Positions 36,281 through 47,288 of a stretch of DNA of 64,000 nt are shown here, one piece after another. Position numbers and translations under genes: made by a program. Position 1 is the first letter of the stretch. Every line of letters begins with the position of its first letter. The DNA comes from a virus (Duplodnaviria > Caudoviricetes), in IMG/VR virus record IMGVR_UViG_3300017987_005475, positions 6,406-70,405 of that record, one strand, 5' to 3'. Below the pieces are notes generated by a model, which saw nothing but the letters and a program-made list of their open reading frames with translations, did not search any database and was not told the origin of the DNA.

Positions 36281-38983
36281 TTTGCCCGATGCGAGTTCGA
36301 AACTTGTCGTCCAGGTCTTCGCTTGCAAATCTATCGAATGCGTCACCGAGTAGATGATGTATTCCCCAAACCTATCGTAGGGAACAATACGCGGATCACC
36401 CGGAATGCTCACACTACCAGTCAACTCGTAGACTTTGGTGAGTCGGCTGACGTTGTCCATGATGTCTTCCAACTTTTCCTCTGTCACAAAACCAGGGACA
36501 CCGTAGACCATCGGCTTTGACCATGGAACCCTTGGCGTAATTTCGTCGTGCTGGTTCTGCGTGAGGATAAGCGGCAGAAGAACAGAATTGCTCGCGCCAC
36601 CAGCCTCGCTCACTTTGAACGTGGGCTGCCTCTCCTCGGTCTTTATCTCCTGCAATCCAATGACCACAATCTCATTGCGCAAGTCCTCGAAGTCCGGCGT
36701 TCGGTCTATGCTCATGATTTTTACGTTTGGATAATCTTCCCTACGGTCAGGTCCCAAATCACTCGCCGGCGGCAAACCGTCTTCCTCTAACTCGTAAAAG
36801 AGCAAAACGCCATCAGGAGACATGACAAAATTGTGGTGACTCAACTCCATAACCTGGTTTAGGGCATCCAGGACAGTTGTTCCCGTTTTGAAATCAACCA
36901 GCGGCGCGGAGATGTCCGTACTGGAGTCTAGCCGCGAATCCCCATCGGCATGAGCAAGACTATAGTTGATACCCGCGTACCGGCACAGGAAATCAACCAC
37001 GTCCTCTAGTTTGTAGCCATCGAAGAAGGGCACATTGATGAGGACGATGTCTTCCATCTTCTTTGTGAGCCCCACCAACGGAACAGTAGCATCAGCACCG
37101 TCAGAAGACGCAGTGTCCCCAAATCCCATGCCAAGACCAGTAAACAACCTCTGGGTTTCCGGGGTGTAAGGACTCGGAGACTTGTCAACGTCAACCGTGA
37201 TACCGCCAATAGCCTGTTCAAAATCACTTGTCTGACCAATGTAACCGTACTTGTCAATGGTTAATTGCCCGTTTATGCCATCGAGACTCGTGGTGATATT
37301 GACTGCCTTTATCCAATCCTGTAACCTCTTGACGTTAGCAGAGTAGGTCGCCGTGGTTGCCGTATCTAACGGAAATTCTCCATTATCCGTAATCGTCGAA
37401 ACACCGCGCCTTTCTTTTGAGCGTAAGAGGTAGCCGAAACACTCAGCGGCTCGGCGACCTGGAAGTTCGTCGCTGGATTTGATCCCTATCCGGTCAAACT
37501 TCCATTCGGCGTCCTCAAAACCCTCCAGACCGACATCCTTGAAGTTGTAAAGCCTCTCGCGCACTTCATAGCTCGTCCGATTGTCCGTCCAGATGGCATA
37601 GGCAGTATGAGTATAAACAACACCGCTTGGAGGCGCTTCATCGGGATCAACGTCCTTCGGCGAGATGAAAAACGAGTCAAGCACAGCAGCGGCACTGAAG
37701 AATGCGGGAACGTAAGCGACTTGAAACCGGCAACCGATCATGTTAAAGTAAATTTCTTCGCCGAAATCCACCACCGCTTCGTTCGACGTTGCCCCTTCTT
37801 TGTTGACGCTGATGAAAATGTCTGCTGGATTGTCAGGGTCGAAGACACCCTGGGCACCTCCTTGTCCTTGGAAGTGATAGTCTGAATTGTTGATGTTGAG
37901 GGTTTTCGTTTTCACGCAGAAGCGACTGGAAACGTTGACATTGGTGCGAACGTCCTGGACCCCGTTTTGGACGACAAGACCATTCCACACAGGGTAAAAC
38001 AAGAGGATGTACTTGAGATCCCCTTTCACGGCTCCGAATTGAGGTGGAACTTCTTTGGCGTCAGCGGCAAGAAGTTGCACCTCGGTTACCTCTTCGCCAA
38101 TCTTGACAATAGCTTTGCCGTTGTCATCCATCCTCACGTAAACTTCACCAAAGATAAACTCGATGATCCATTTGCTTTTCGCGTTGCTAGGACTTCCTGT
38201 GCCGCCTACACACGGGGTGATGTTGAAAAAGAGACAAAACGCACCTTGCCCGACTAATTTAGCAGGGGTCCACTTGTCCGCTGCGTCTGGGGGATCGGTG
38301 GGCTCTGGAAGCGTCAACACTACTATCGTGGGCTCATCACTATCATCTGATTTGTGTCTGCTCGTGAAAGCAACGCCGCTTCCTGACCGGTCAAATTTCT
38401 TCCGTTTTTCAAGTGTGGAAGGTACGGCTCCTTGAACAGCCTCAGCCTTCCAATTGAAACCATCTTTTCCAAAAATGTTTTCGTAGTAGTCTTCGTCAGA
38501 CGGATTGTTCGTCACATCGCTAATCCTGGCAAATTGTGTTGCGTCACTCTCAAGAACCCCATTAGCCAGAAGTGCCTGGCTTGGGATAATAATCTTCGGC
38601 ATCATGGAACCCACACCAGAAATGAAACCAGACGCAGCATTTTCGAGTGCGTTGTTCCACGTAGCTGGATTCACGAAAACGGGAACCTGATCACCTTCCC
38701 AGTAATATTGTCTAACGTGTTTCAGATTCCAAAAGTACATATACTGCATCAAGAGATTAGCATCGTCTCCGGCAGGGTCAAAATCTTCAGGCACTTCCGG
38801 GTCGGTGTCTTGGACGTTGACATCCGTCCCGTAAACCCTTATCGTGCTCAAGTCAAAATCAACGCGCGTGAACGTATATCGCGTAACTGTCGGATCACTT
38901 GGAACCGGAACATCATTCCCGAGTTTGATACGGGGATTGTTGGACTGCACGATTTGGGGCAGCAGAATTGTCTGAACAGTCAT
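36272..38983 (-). CDS. Tail hub / distal tail protein (903 aa)
   Basis: Directly after tape measure; C-terminal hub-like pattern DVVDFLCRYAGI...TVLDALNQVMEL...FVMSPDGVLLF. Confidence 0.65.
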   Translation of the reverse strand: MTVQTILLPQIVQSNNPRIKLGNDVPVPSDPTVTRYTFTRVDFDLSTIRVYGTDVNVQDTDPEVPEDFDPAGDDANLLMQYMYFWNLKHVRQYYWEGDQVPVFVNPATWNNALENAASGFISGVGSMMPKIIIPSQALLANGVLESDATQFARISDVTNNPSDEDYYENIFGKDGFNWKAEAVQGAVPSTLEKRKKFDRSGSGVAFTSRHKSDDSDEPTIVVLTLPEPTDPPDAADKWTPAKLVGQGAFCLFFNITPCVGGTGSPSNAKSKWIIEFIFGEVYVRMDDNGKAIVKIGEEVTEVQLLAADAKEVPPQFGAVKGDLKYILLFYPVWNGLVVQNGVQDVRTNVNVSSRFCVKTKTLNINNSDYHFQGQGGAQGVFDPDNPADIFISVNKEGATSNEAVVDFGEEIYFNMIGCRFQVAYVPAFFSAAAVLDSFFISPKDVDPDEAPPSGVVYTHTAYAIWTDNRTSYEVRERLYNFKDVGLEGFEDAEWKFDRIGIKSSDELPGRRAAECFGYLLRSKERRGVSTITDNGEFPLDTATTATYSANVKRLQDWIKAVNITTSLDGINGQLTIDKYGYIGQTSDFEQAIGGITVDVDKSPSPYTPETQRLFTGLGMGFGDTASSDGADATVPLVGLTKKMEDIVLINVPFFDGYKLEDVVDFLCRYAGINYSLAHADGDSRLDSSTDISAPLVDFKTGTTVLDALNQVMELSHHNFVMSPDGVLLFYELEEDGLPPASDLGPDRREDYPNVKIMSIDRTPDFEDLRNEIVVIGLQEIKTEERQPTFKVSEAGGASNSVLLPLILTQNQHDEITPRVPWSKPMVYGVPGFVTEEKLEDIMDNVSRLTKVYELTGSVSIPGDPRIVPYDRFGEYIIYSVTHSIDLQAKTWTTSFELASGKLV

Positions 38984-41900
38984 GTCGTCATATTCCTAAC
39001 CGGGACACCAGCCGCACTCGCCGAACGTAGGAATTCCGGGCTACGAACGACCTCTGGCATGATGTTCTTGACTATGCGCCTTACGCTCGGAGTGATATTA
39101 CCGTCGCCATCCAAACCAAACGTCACTTCGACGCTGATGCTGCCGCCCGCCACACCTCCCGCTCTTCCGGCAGTCTCGGGTGTCGCTGTTCCACCGGCAG
39201 CAGCAAGAGTTGGACCTGCTCCCGCTGAAATTGCTTCAGGGGGAGGAATCACACCGGCTCCAACCCCAATGCCTGGGGCGGCTGTAAGAGGAGCAGCGCC
39301 TCCAGAAGGAGCGACCGTCAACGCTGCCTCATTCCTTTGGACAACTTCAGCAACCCGTTCGCTCACGCTTGCTGATTGCTCGTTTGCTTTCGCAGATCTA
39401 TTTATCGCTTTTGCTTCTGCACGGGCATCTCCTCCGCGCGTTGGAGCCACGGTTGTGCGGATCCCCTCACCTTTTGCCAACGAATATAGATTTCCCATAG
39501 CCTTGTCGGCTTCGTGACGCATTGGGGTCGCGTCTAAGGAGCCTACTATCCGGCCGAATTGGTCCACATAACCGCCAAATCCCTGTTGCGCATTCTGAAG
39601 GATTTTTGCCGCGCTAAGATTCATCTCGGCGGCTTTGCTTCCCTCTGGGACGCGACCTGCTGTGGCAAGCCTCCGCGCCTGCATTCCCGCAATTGTCACA
39701 GCACCCTCAGGAACCACGAGACCACCAGGACCAATTGCTTGACCTCGCCCCATAACGGCAGCACGCGACAGCAATCCGCGCCGGGCTCCTCTCTGCGCTC
39801 GAATGGCTCCGAAGGTTTTCTCTAACAGTTTATCGTAAGCATCGCGCTGAAGTCCCATCGCCTGCTTTGTCACCTCAGCAGCCGCCTTCGCATAGTTAAG
39901 TTTCAGGCGTTCAGCATGCGCCGCCTGCTGAGCCTCTTTGGGTGTGTTTTTCATGTAGTTTTCGTATGCTTCTTTGGCGATATTTGCCTCGCGTTGAGCA
40001 AGAGCAAGACTCTTACCCTGTACGTCTAAGATCATCCCAATGCTTGCGCCGGTCGCCTCAAGAAGATCACGCTGAATGTCAAGCCTTTCGCGTTCAAAGT
40101 CGATTATCTTTCGTTCTGCTTCGAAACGACGTTCAGAAGCCTGGGCTAACTCGGTTTGCGCATCTAACTCCACCTTTTGTCGAGCCGCTTGTTGTTCGTT
40201 TAACACTTTCGCAAATTGTGCGCGAATCTTGGCCCGTCCTACTTCTGTTTTCGCCGCCTTTAGTTGCGTTTCCCTGTCTTCCAGAGCGCCCTTTTCCAGA
40301 GCATCTATTCTCGCCAATGCGTCCGCTTGTCCCTTCAGGGTAGCTTCGCGTGCTTTTGCTTCCGCGAGAGCAGCGTCTCCTGTGTTCAAAGACACAGCAG
40401 CCGCATCAAATAGCGTGCTTGCGTATTCTTTCTGTGCCTTCGTGGCTTGTTGTAAGTAGGAAATATCTATCGCTCGTAACTGCTCACTATAGCCATCGGT
40501 AAGTTTGGCTGATTGCAACAGGAGATCTGCCTCTTTCTTGGCAACCTCCTCAAATGCCACCTCCAGTTTTCCGCTCGTGGCAATAACAACACTAGAGACG
40601 ATGTCAAGTGGCCCGACAATACCGGAAACATCAATTGTTGCGTCTTTCCCTATGAGTTTCTGGGCTTTCGTGAGCGCCTTGTCTAATCTGTCTCGCGCCG
40701 TAGCAAACTTCTCACCGAGGGCACGAATCTCTCCTTCTGGTTTGCCTTCCTTTATAGCCTTTGTCAACTCGCCAAAAGCCACGCGCATGGCAGAGACACT
40801 ACCACTCGCGGCAGATTGTAGTTTGGCAGATTGAGAACCGAGGATCTTCCCAACATCACCACCGAATACATCCTTCAGGTTTTCCCCGACAACATCGAAG
40901 CTAGTCGTCGCCTGCTCAAGTGCCGCGTTGAGTCCCGTGCCTCCCTTGGAAATCATTTCCAGGTTCGCCCTGGTCTCCTCTACTACCTCAAGTTGTCGAT
41001 TCAAGGCTTTTCTCTGCGCCTCCATCGACTCTATAAATTTCTCTTCGCTATTTCCTACAAGATTTGCGAGTTCAGATCTCTTTTGGGCGATTTCTGCCTC
41101 GCGCTGCAGGCGTTGAACCGTTGGATCTTTTTCGAGGAGTTCAAGCGAAGAATTCAGAGTTGAGAGATACGCTTCCGCCTGACTAACAAGTTCTTGCGTG
41201 ATTTTGTCATGAGCACGAGTAATATCAACGCGCTTCTTGTCGATTTCTATTGCTTTTTTCGAAGATGTCTCAATAGTTTCCAGCGTGCGGAGCCTGTTTT
41301 TGAGGACAACGCCTTCGGCAATGTTATCCTTTACGATTCCCTTTGCTATTCTCAAGAGTTCTTCGGTTGTCTTGCCCTCAGCAACGCCTTCCCCCATCGC
41401 TCTTTCCACGGCTTCAACGATCCTGGCGCGAAGCGGGGCAATCTTGTTAGCTATGTCAGCAGATTCCTTGGCTTGTTTGGCGTATTCGTCTTCGTATTTT
41501 TTGACCTCATCTGCCAGCGCCTTGTGTTTTGAACTCTCTTTACTGACCTTCCCCAAAGAAAGATTTGCATCAAAAAGGCTCTCGCTAGCGGCGCTGAATT
41601 TCTCGTCTGTCAGTTTGGCGCTGTCATCCAAGACCCTGAGTTCGGCGAGATTAGCCATGCTGACGGCAGAAACAATCTCGTACTGTTTATTCAAATCAGA
41701 GATGCGCTCCGCTGCCTCTTTTGTGACATCAGAAATCTCCCCAATCTTGCCAGATTTGAGATGAAGGCCGCGCGCGTCAATTTCGACGGTCCCCTCAAGC
41801 CTCTCAAGGAGTTTGACGTCCTGCGCATCGACGACACTTCCTTTGAGTTTTTCCAACTCTGTGCCGACTTCCCTACCCGAGCGCTTCATCATGTCCTCAA

Positions 41901-44900
41901 GTTTCTTGCTTGCTTCAGGAAGTCTGCGGAAGTCCTCTATTGCTTGCTCAGTGGAAATCGCAAGAGATTCCGACTGCTTTGTTATGATTCGCGAAAGGCG
42001 CTTAAGAGGATCGCCAAGAACCTCTGTGCCGATGGAAAGTTCCAAATCGAGGAGTCTTTTCTCTATGCCGGACTCAAGGGTATTCTTAACAACGTCAGGA
42101 ATGCCTTGGTATTGACCGACGCTTTTGAGGATTGCCTGTGTGAACTTCTGAGTTGCTTCTATTTCAGCTTTGTGAAGCATTGTGAGAGCGTTGCGCCTGT
42201 CTGTGGCATTCATATCAGCATTGTTGAGAATGTCGCGACGAATCTTCGCAAAAGAGCCACCAAGACGATCAAACTCTCTGGTACTCGCAGCCACGCCGTC
42301 GCTTAGTGCCCTCTTGAACTCAGCGGCTGATCCGCCGAGATTTGCAAGTTGTTCGAGTTCCAGCGCGCTTACTTCCTGACGCAACTTCGCAAGGGCTGTA
42401 ATCTGAGAATCATTAGCCGCTTTAATCGCACCAAGAGAAGATTGGAGTGCTTTTGCAGAAGATTGGACACGCTCTAGTTCTTGCCGTGCGCTTCGTTCAA
42501 GATCTGCCCTTTGTTCTGCTTCTCGCGCGGCGTCTTGTCGAGCCTTTCTTTCTTTCTCACTAACAAAGAGAAAGTCGCTTGTGGCAGAAACCCAATCCTT
42601 TGCTCCGGAGAACCACGTATCCCATTGCTCTCCTGCCACTTTTGTTTTCTCGCCAAACCATTCTATCGCGTCTGATGCCTTTGTCGCGCTGCCCGTAAAA
42701 GCACCAATGGTGGCACCGGCGGGAGAAAGAAAAACATCAAGCATCTTTCCGAAATTCGTTTCTTTGAGGAACCTGCCACTCTCCTTCGCGGCGTCGCTAA
42801 TCTCATCGCCGTACTTGGACAAAACAACAGCCGTCCCCGCGAAAACCGTCGCAAACGTAGCCGCCGCAGCCCCGGCAACACCAAGTGAGGTAGCCAGAAC
42901 CTTGGTGCCAACCGTCCTGACAGCACCCCCCAATCCCTGCTGCGCCACCGTCTTTCCTGCTCTTACTATCCCCCCTGTTACGCCTGTCGTGCGTCCTCCG
43001 ATGCGTTCGCGAATCTTGTCAGTAATCCTTCCAAGTATCCCGCGTGATAGATCGGTGCCCCCTACCTTCCTGTTGATTCTCCTGAGAAGTAGTGTCTGAG
43101 TAAAGGCTGTTTTCGTCAGGATTCCTAGTCCACCTGCGGTTGCAAATGCGGCAGTCGAAATTCCGCCAAGAGTCGCAAGTTGAGCAGGCAGCGCTTCGAC
43201 CAAAACACGCTGGACGTCCTCCATCACCTGATTCGTGCGGTTGATAGCATGAAGCGTTTCAACCTGAGCCTCAGATCCTTGAATAGCCGCCTTTTCCTGG
43301 TCCGCCCCAAGCAGTCCAGCCATCTGAATCTCAATAGCCTGCTGTACCTTTCCTTGTTGCGCCAGTGCAAACCATGCTTCCGCTTGATCATCTAAAGAGG
43401 CAGTAATCCTGAGATCGGTCTCAAGGCTAGGAATCTCTTTCAGGAGATCGATATACGTTTCCAGTCGCTTTGTCGGGTCCTCACCAAAAGCCGCTTCCAA
43501 CTTTCGAGCAGCCCCAGCAAGTTGCTCCACGCTTGCCACGCCAGAAACAGAGCCGCTAACCAATACCTTCTGAAACTCTGCCGCCTCCGAAGTGGTGAGC
43601 CTGAGTTCCCTCCGAAGAGATTCCAGGCTCGCAATCGAAGCATCACTGACAGGAAGTTGCCGAGCCGCAATGTTGGTTTGAATCTGGTACCTCGCAAATT
43701 CCTTTTGCATCCCGACAAATCTATCGGACAGTTCCTTAACCTTGCCAGCAGCGTAAACAAGCGCAACACCGAGCGCCAGAGCCCCCGTCGCACTTCCCCC
43801 GAGACCCCCCGCAAAACGCTTGGCTTCCTCGACTCCTTCTTGCATCTTTTTCTGGAACAGGTTGAGACTCTTCTCGCCCTCTTCAACTTCATCTTCGAAT
43901 CTAACTATCGCTTCAGCCAGGCTCCCAATCTCAGCACGCTCGTCAGCCAACCCCGCTAGGCTCTCCCTAAGTTCCTGGGCTTTTTTCGCCGCCTCTCCTG
44001 ATTCATCCCCTGCTAAACGTATCGAGAGTTCAAGATCAGCCAATTCACGAGCCTCTTCACGCATTTGATCTGTCAGTGTTTCGTACTTGGCTGCCTGCTC
44101 CCGAACCTTGTCAGAATGCTTCCCTGCCGCTGCTGCCGCCGCATCCCACTGTTCCGGACTAATCACATTCCCCAAATCGCGCATGACATCAGTAAGGCTA
44201 GTTGAAGCAGCAGCAACCTCTTCAATTTCCTCAACGACGTTTTCGTAACTGTCAACAACACTTTCAACAACCCCAATGACATCGCGCATTCTTTCATTTT
44301 CAGCAGTCAAACGCGCTACTTCGCTTTGTTGGTCTACTGTCAATTTCGTGCCGGCTGCCATCTGCGACTGGTATTTACGGAGTTCCTTGGTGTTTTCCTC
44401 GATGGTTCGCTGGGCTTTCTGAAACTCTCCGCGCATCCTGGCGAATTCAACAGTCGACGTCCCGACAGCCTTGCCGTAGCGATCCCAATCTTCCGGCTTC
44501 AGTTTTGTTGAAACGCCACCCAATGCCTCAGATACGCTCTTCAAATCAGAAGCGGTTTGATTGAAGGTTTTGCCAATCTTGTCAATCGTGCTGTTGGCTT
44601 TCTCCACTTCATCAGCCAATCCAGCGTATTCGGTTTTCAGTTTGCCGAGTTCACGTGCCGCTTCCTCAAACTCAGCACTGTCAGGAGCCGCTTGTGCTTT
44701 CTGTTTCTCGACCTTTTGGATGTTTGCCGCTAAATCTGTCATCTGCTTTTTCGCAGAACTCACGCGCGCAGCCATCTTGTCAATCAAAGTCGCCGCGTCT
44801 GACAGCGTAGCGTCCGTCTGGCTCGCAAACTGTTGGAGAGCCTTGTCATAGTCTTCTAGCGGATTGGCAGCATCCGTTTTGAGGTCGATATTCCGAGGCA

Positions 44901-44901
44901 T
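38980..44901 (-). CDS. Tail tape measure protein (1973 aa)
   Basis: Long Ala/Glu/Lys coiled-coil, Gly/Ala hydrophobic segments, downstream of chaperone and tube genes. Confidence 0.9.
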   Translation of the reverse strand: MPRNIDLKTDAANPLEDYDKALQQFASQTDATLSDAATLIDKMAARVSSAKKQMTDLAANIQKVEKQKAQAAPDSAEFEEAARELGKLKTEYAGLADEVEKANSTIDKIGKTFNQTASDLKSVSEALGGVSTKLKPEDWDRYGKAVGTSTVEFARMRGEFQKAQRTIEENTKELRKYQSQMAAGTKLTVDQQSEVARLTAENERMRDVIGVVESVVDSYENVVEEIEEVAAASTSLTDVMRDLGNVISPEQWDAAAAAAGKHSDKVREQAAKYETLTDQMREEARELADLELSIRLAGDESGEAAKKAQELRESLAGLADERAEIGSLAEAIVRFEDEVEEGEKSLNLFQKKMQEGVEEAKRFAGGLGGSATGALALGVALVYAAGKVKELSDRFVGMQKEFARYQIQTNIAARQLPVSDASIASLESLRRELRLTTSEAAEFQKVLVSGSVSGVASVEQLAGAARKLEAAFGEDPTKRLETYIDLLKEIPSLETDLRITASLDDQAEAWFALAQQGKVQQAIEIQMAGLLGADQEKAAIQGSEAQVETLHAINRTNQVMEDVQRVLVEALPAQLATLGGISTAAFATAGGLGILTKTAFTQTLLLRRINRKVGGTDLSRGILGRITDKIRERIGGRTTGVTGGIVRAGKTVAQQGLGGAVRTVGTKVLATSLGVAGAAAATFATVFAGTAVVLSKYGDEISDAAKESGRFLKETNFGKMLDVFLSPAGATIGAFTGSATKASDAIEWFGEKTKVAGEQWDTWFSGAKDWVSATSDFLFVSEKERKARQDAAREAEQRADLERSARQELERVQSSAKALQSSLGAIKAANDSQITALAKLRQEVSALELEQLANLGGSAAEFKRALSDGVAASTREFDRLGGSFAKIRRDILNNADMNATDRRNALTMLHKAEIEATQKFTQAILKSVGQYQGIPDVVKNTLESGIEKRLLDLELSIGTEVLGDPLKRLSRIITKQSESLAISTEQAIEDFRRLPEASKKLEDMMKRSGREVGTELEKLKGSVVDAQDVKLLERLEGTVEIDARGLHLKSGKIGEISDVTKEAAERISDLNKQYEIVSAVSMANLAELRVLDDSAKLTDEKFSAASESLFDANLSLGKVSKESSKHKALADEVKKYEDEYAKQAKESADIANKIAPLRARIVEAVERAMGEGVAEGKTTEELLRIAKGIVKDNIAEGVVLKNRLRTLETIETSSKKAIEIDKKRVDITRAHDKITQELVSQAEAYLSTLNSSLELLEKDPTVQRLQREAEIAQKRSELANLVGNSEEKFIESMEAQRKALNRQLEVVEETRANLEMISKGGTGLNAALEQATTSFDVVGENLKDVFGGDVGKILGSQSAKLQSAASGSVSAMRVAFGELTKAIKEGKPEGEIRALGEKFATARDRLDKALTKAQKLIGKDATIDVSGIVGPLDIVSSVVIATSGKLEVAFEEVAKKEADLLLQSAKLTDGYSEQLRAIDISYLQQATKAQKEYASTLFDAAAVSLNTGDAALAEAKAREATLKGQADALARIDALEKGALEDRETQLKAAKTEVGRAKIRAQFAKVLNEQQAARQKVELDAQTELAQASERRFEAERKIIDFERERLDIQRDLLEATGASIGMILDVQGKSLALAQREANIAKEAYENYMKNTPKEAQQAAHAERLKLNYAKAAAEVTKQAMGLQRDAYDKLLEKTFGAIRAQRGARRGLLSRAAVMGRGQAIGPGGLVVPEGAVTIAGMQARRLATAGRVPEGSKAAEMNLSAAKILQNAQQGFGGYVDQFGRIVGSLDATPMRHEADKAMGNLYSLAKGEGIRTTVAPTRGGDARAEAKAINRSAKANEQSASVSERVAEVVQRNEAALTVAPSGGAAPLTAAPGIGVGAGVIPPPEAISAGAGPTLAAAGGTATPETAGRAGGVAGGSISVEVTFGLDGDGNITPSVRRIVKNIMPEVVRSPEFLRSASAAGVPVRNMTT

Positions 44902-44912
44902 TGATTATCCCC

Positions 44913-45626
44913 TTAAGTCAGAAGTGCCTGACGTTCGAATTCTGTCAGCAGCACATCCATGAGCGACGGGGTGATTCCACCAACTCGGCTCATGCATTCG
45001 TCAGTCAACGAACCCCCGTCAAATTCCAGTTTCACCGTCTGTCCTTTTGCATCCACCACCGACCAGTCTTTCAAGTGATAGCGCAGGTAGAAAAGGCGCA
45101 ACTTAACTGGGTCAGAAAGGAACTGCCGGGTCCGTGCATCCCATGTCATCGCCTGCTCGCGGTAAGTCAGCATGTCATCGTATGTGGGATGGGTAAACTC
45201 AGCCCATACCATAAACCTCTTCAGATATTGCAACTTGCCTGTGGGCTCTTGTCCCTCAGCCACCGCGACGATGAGTTGAGGTCTTTTGGTTTCAGGGTCA
45301 AAGAGGATCTGAGCATTGATACGAAGTCGCTCGCTCTCCTCGATGAAAAGCGACGGGAAAACCTCCTCTTGGGTAATTTCCTGCTTTTCTGTCGCTTTTT
45401 CGCCGTCTGTCTTCTCCACAACATCCTTATCGCCGGCTTGCGTCTTAATTCCCGTCGCGGTCTGCTTCTCCGCAGAATCGTCCTGGACTGCCTCGTTTGA
45501 GCCATTTTCAGGCACGCTAGCAGCCTCTTCGGGCACAGCAGCCTCTTGTGCATCCTGCGCCTCGCTGTTGCCGTTCCTGGCTTTCTTTGCCACTTTTACA
45601 GCCTCTCCTTGTTTTGTGTCCGTCAT
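44913..45626 (-). CDS. Tail assembly chaperone-like paralog 3
   Basis: WAEFTHPTY...LRYHLKDWSV...ITPSLMDVLLTEF, aligns with 46545 and 47263 proteins; precedes tape measure. Confidence 0.6.
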   Translation of the reverse strand: MTDTKQGEAVKVAKKARNGNSEAQDAQEAAVPEEAASVPENGSNEAVQDDSAEKQTATGIKTQAGDKDVVEKTDGEKATEKQEITQEEVFPSLFIEESERLRINAQILFDPETKRPQLIVAVAEGQEPTGKLQYLKRFMVWAEFTHPTYDDMLTYREQAMTWDARTRQFLSDPVKLRLFYLRYHLKDWSVVDAKGQTVKLEFDGGSLTDECMSRVGGITPSLMDVLLTEFERQALLT

Positions 45627-45706
45627 CTCATCCTCTCCTTACGCTGCTCTTTTCGCAGCATAGGTCCCCATCACGACAAATCTCACGTCGGTCAATGGGT
45701 ATTCCG

Positions 45707-46543
45707 CTAAAACGCGCCGGAAGAAATCACAATGGCATCCGAGCCACTGTTCGCCGGTGCTCCTGCTTTCCACGTGTGAGTAAACGTCCCCAGGTCTGTC
45801 GGTCCTCCAAAGTTGTAACCCTCTGACCCCGTCGTCCCAGTCAAGGTAAAAGCCGACGTGAATATCTTGATGGTGTCATGCGCCAGAACGCCGTCGTAGG
45901 TCGTCACATCGAGACCGTATTCAACAACTCCCACCCTGATGTAACGTGGCCAACGATCATCCTCAGCCGGGAAAGAAACTACATCAGTGACCACCATCTG
46001 ATTCAAATAGACTGGCTCCGCCGACTGGGTGTAGTTGAATGTCCAATCACGCACATTCGCATTTCCCGCAGCCCAGTAGCCAATCGGAGACTCTGGACGA
46101 TTGAACAATCCCGTTGCCGCGTCAGGTTGTGGCTGCCAATCGTGCCTGCTCACAAAATTCAAACTGGCAGTCACAAGACCACCAACGGAACCAGACAAAG
46201 ACAGACTCGTTATGAAACACTCCCTGAGATAATAACCAGTCTCGCCATCAAACATGCGAATCGGAAAGTTATAACCACGCCTGAGCAGCCGACTTACAGT
46301 AAACAGAGCCATTCCCGGAGCATTGATGTCGAAGCCTATACTGCCTGTGAGCGTGATTGTTCCGTCGGCGTATTGCACTCTCGTTCGCGATGGTCCTCCG
46401 GCGCTTCCCTCGATATTTGGAATGTCGAGGGGTTGAACATAGGGGACGTTGTGTTCTTTGCTCATGCTGCCAGACGTAATGAGCACTTGCTGCATGTCAA
46501 CGAACCCAACCCCGGCAAATCCCAGTTGTTTGACGATAGCCAT
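45707..46543 (-). CDS. Tail tube-like paralog 3
   Basis: LGFAGVG, GSIGFD, CFITSLSLSGSVGGLVTASLNFV, PIGYW motifs shared with 47918 and 48854 proteins. Confidence 0.6.
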   Translation of the reverse strand: MAIVKQLGFAGVGFVDMQQVLITSGSMSKEHNVPYVQPLDIPNIEGSAGGPSRTRVQYADGTITLTGSIGFDINAPGMALFTVSRLLRRGYNFPIRMFDGETGYYLRECFITSLSLSGSVGGLVTASLNFVSRHDWQPQPDAATGLFNRPESPIGYWAAGNANVRDWTFNYTQSAEPVYLNQMVVTDVVSFPAEDDRWPRYIRVGVVEYGLDVTTYDGVLAHDTIKIFTSAFTLTGTTGSEGYNFGGPTDLGTFTHTWKAGAPANSGSDAIVISSGAF

Positions 46544-46544
46544 A

Positions 46545-47288
46545 TTACGGGTTCTCGATTGTTATGCCACGGCTCGGGCGCGTTCTTCCGCCTGGCCCAG
46601 CGATTCTGACGGCATCACGACGTCTCTTAGCACCAGTTTGAGCCTTCCGGTGATCAATCTCTCTCTGCAGCACCATTCTGAGCATCACGTATTCCCGGTA
46701 AGGCAGCTTCTTAATCTGAAATCTGTTGATGCCAAATTTTTCCCACATGTTGCCAAGAACACAAAACAGCGTCACGGCTTCGCAGGCATCATCAACCCCG
46801 CGCGTTTTGGGACTGAACAGCACCGCACACTGCCGGTCAATTTTCTGTTCCTCACTCATAGTGACAATATAGGTAGATTGGTATTCCGTCACCAAGGCAT
46901 CCACGAGGGGTGCCGGCTGCTGCATGACGACTTTCCAGCATTCTTCAGTGAGTCGCCCTGAGTCGTCGAAGGTCAAAGGCACCCCCATATTCCAATCAAG
47001 CAACTGGAAGCGAAGTATCTGGCGTTTCATTTCTTCGCCGTCGTAATCCACGATGGGCTTGCCGTCTATCTCTTCGGTGCGTGTAGTGAAGCGCTCAATC
47101 ATCCAGAAGTCACCCACATCCATGCGCCGGAGTTTAGCCCATATGCTGTGGTCACCGTCTGCATCCGGGAGCCATGACTTCCCGTGACGACGCGCTTTGA
47201 CCTGAACCCGAACGGTATCCTGGTGACAGAGGAGTTGGTACTCCTTGCGAAGTTGTTCCTCGTCAACCGTTGTATTCAAGAATCCCAT
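46545..47288 (-). CDS. Tail assembly chaperone-like paralog 2 with C-terminal extension
   Basis: WAKLRR...LRFQLLDWNM...PAPLVDALVTEY plus about 100 extra residues; own GGAG RBS. Confidence 0.6.
   Translation of the reverse strand: MGFLNTTVDEEQLRKEYQLLCHQDTVRVQVKARRHGKSWLPDADGDHSIWAKLRRMDVGDFWMIERFTTRTEEIDGKPIVDYDGEEMKRQILRFQLLDWNMGVPLTFDDSGRLTEECWKVVMQQPAPLVDALVTEYQSTYIVTMSEEQKIDRQCAVLFSPKTRGVDDACEAVTLFCVLGNMWEKFGINRFQIKKLPYREYVMLRMVLQREIDHRKAQTGAKRRRDAVRIAGPGGRTRPSRGITIENP

Noticed and set aside
47263-47288. Programmed -1 frameshift between chaperone genes
   Set aside because: The frame relation is +1, no slippery heptamer is evident, and the downstream gene has its own RBS.
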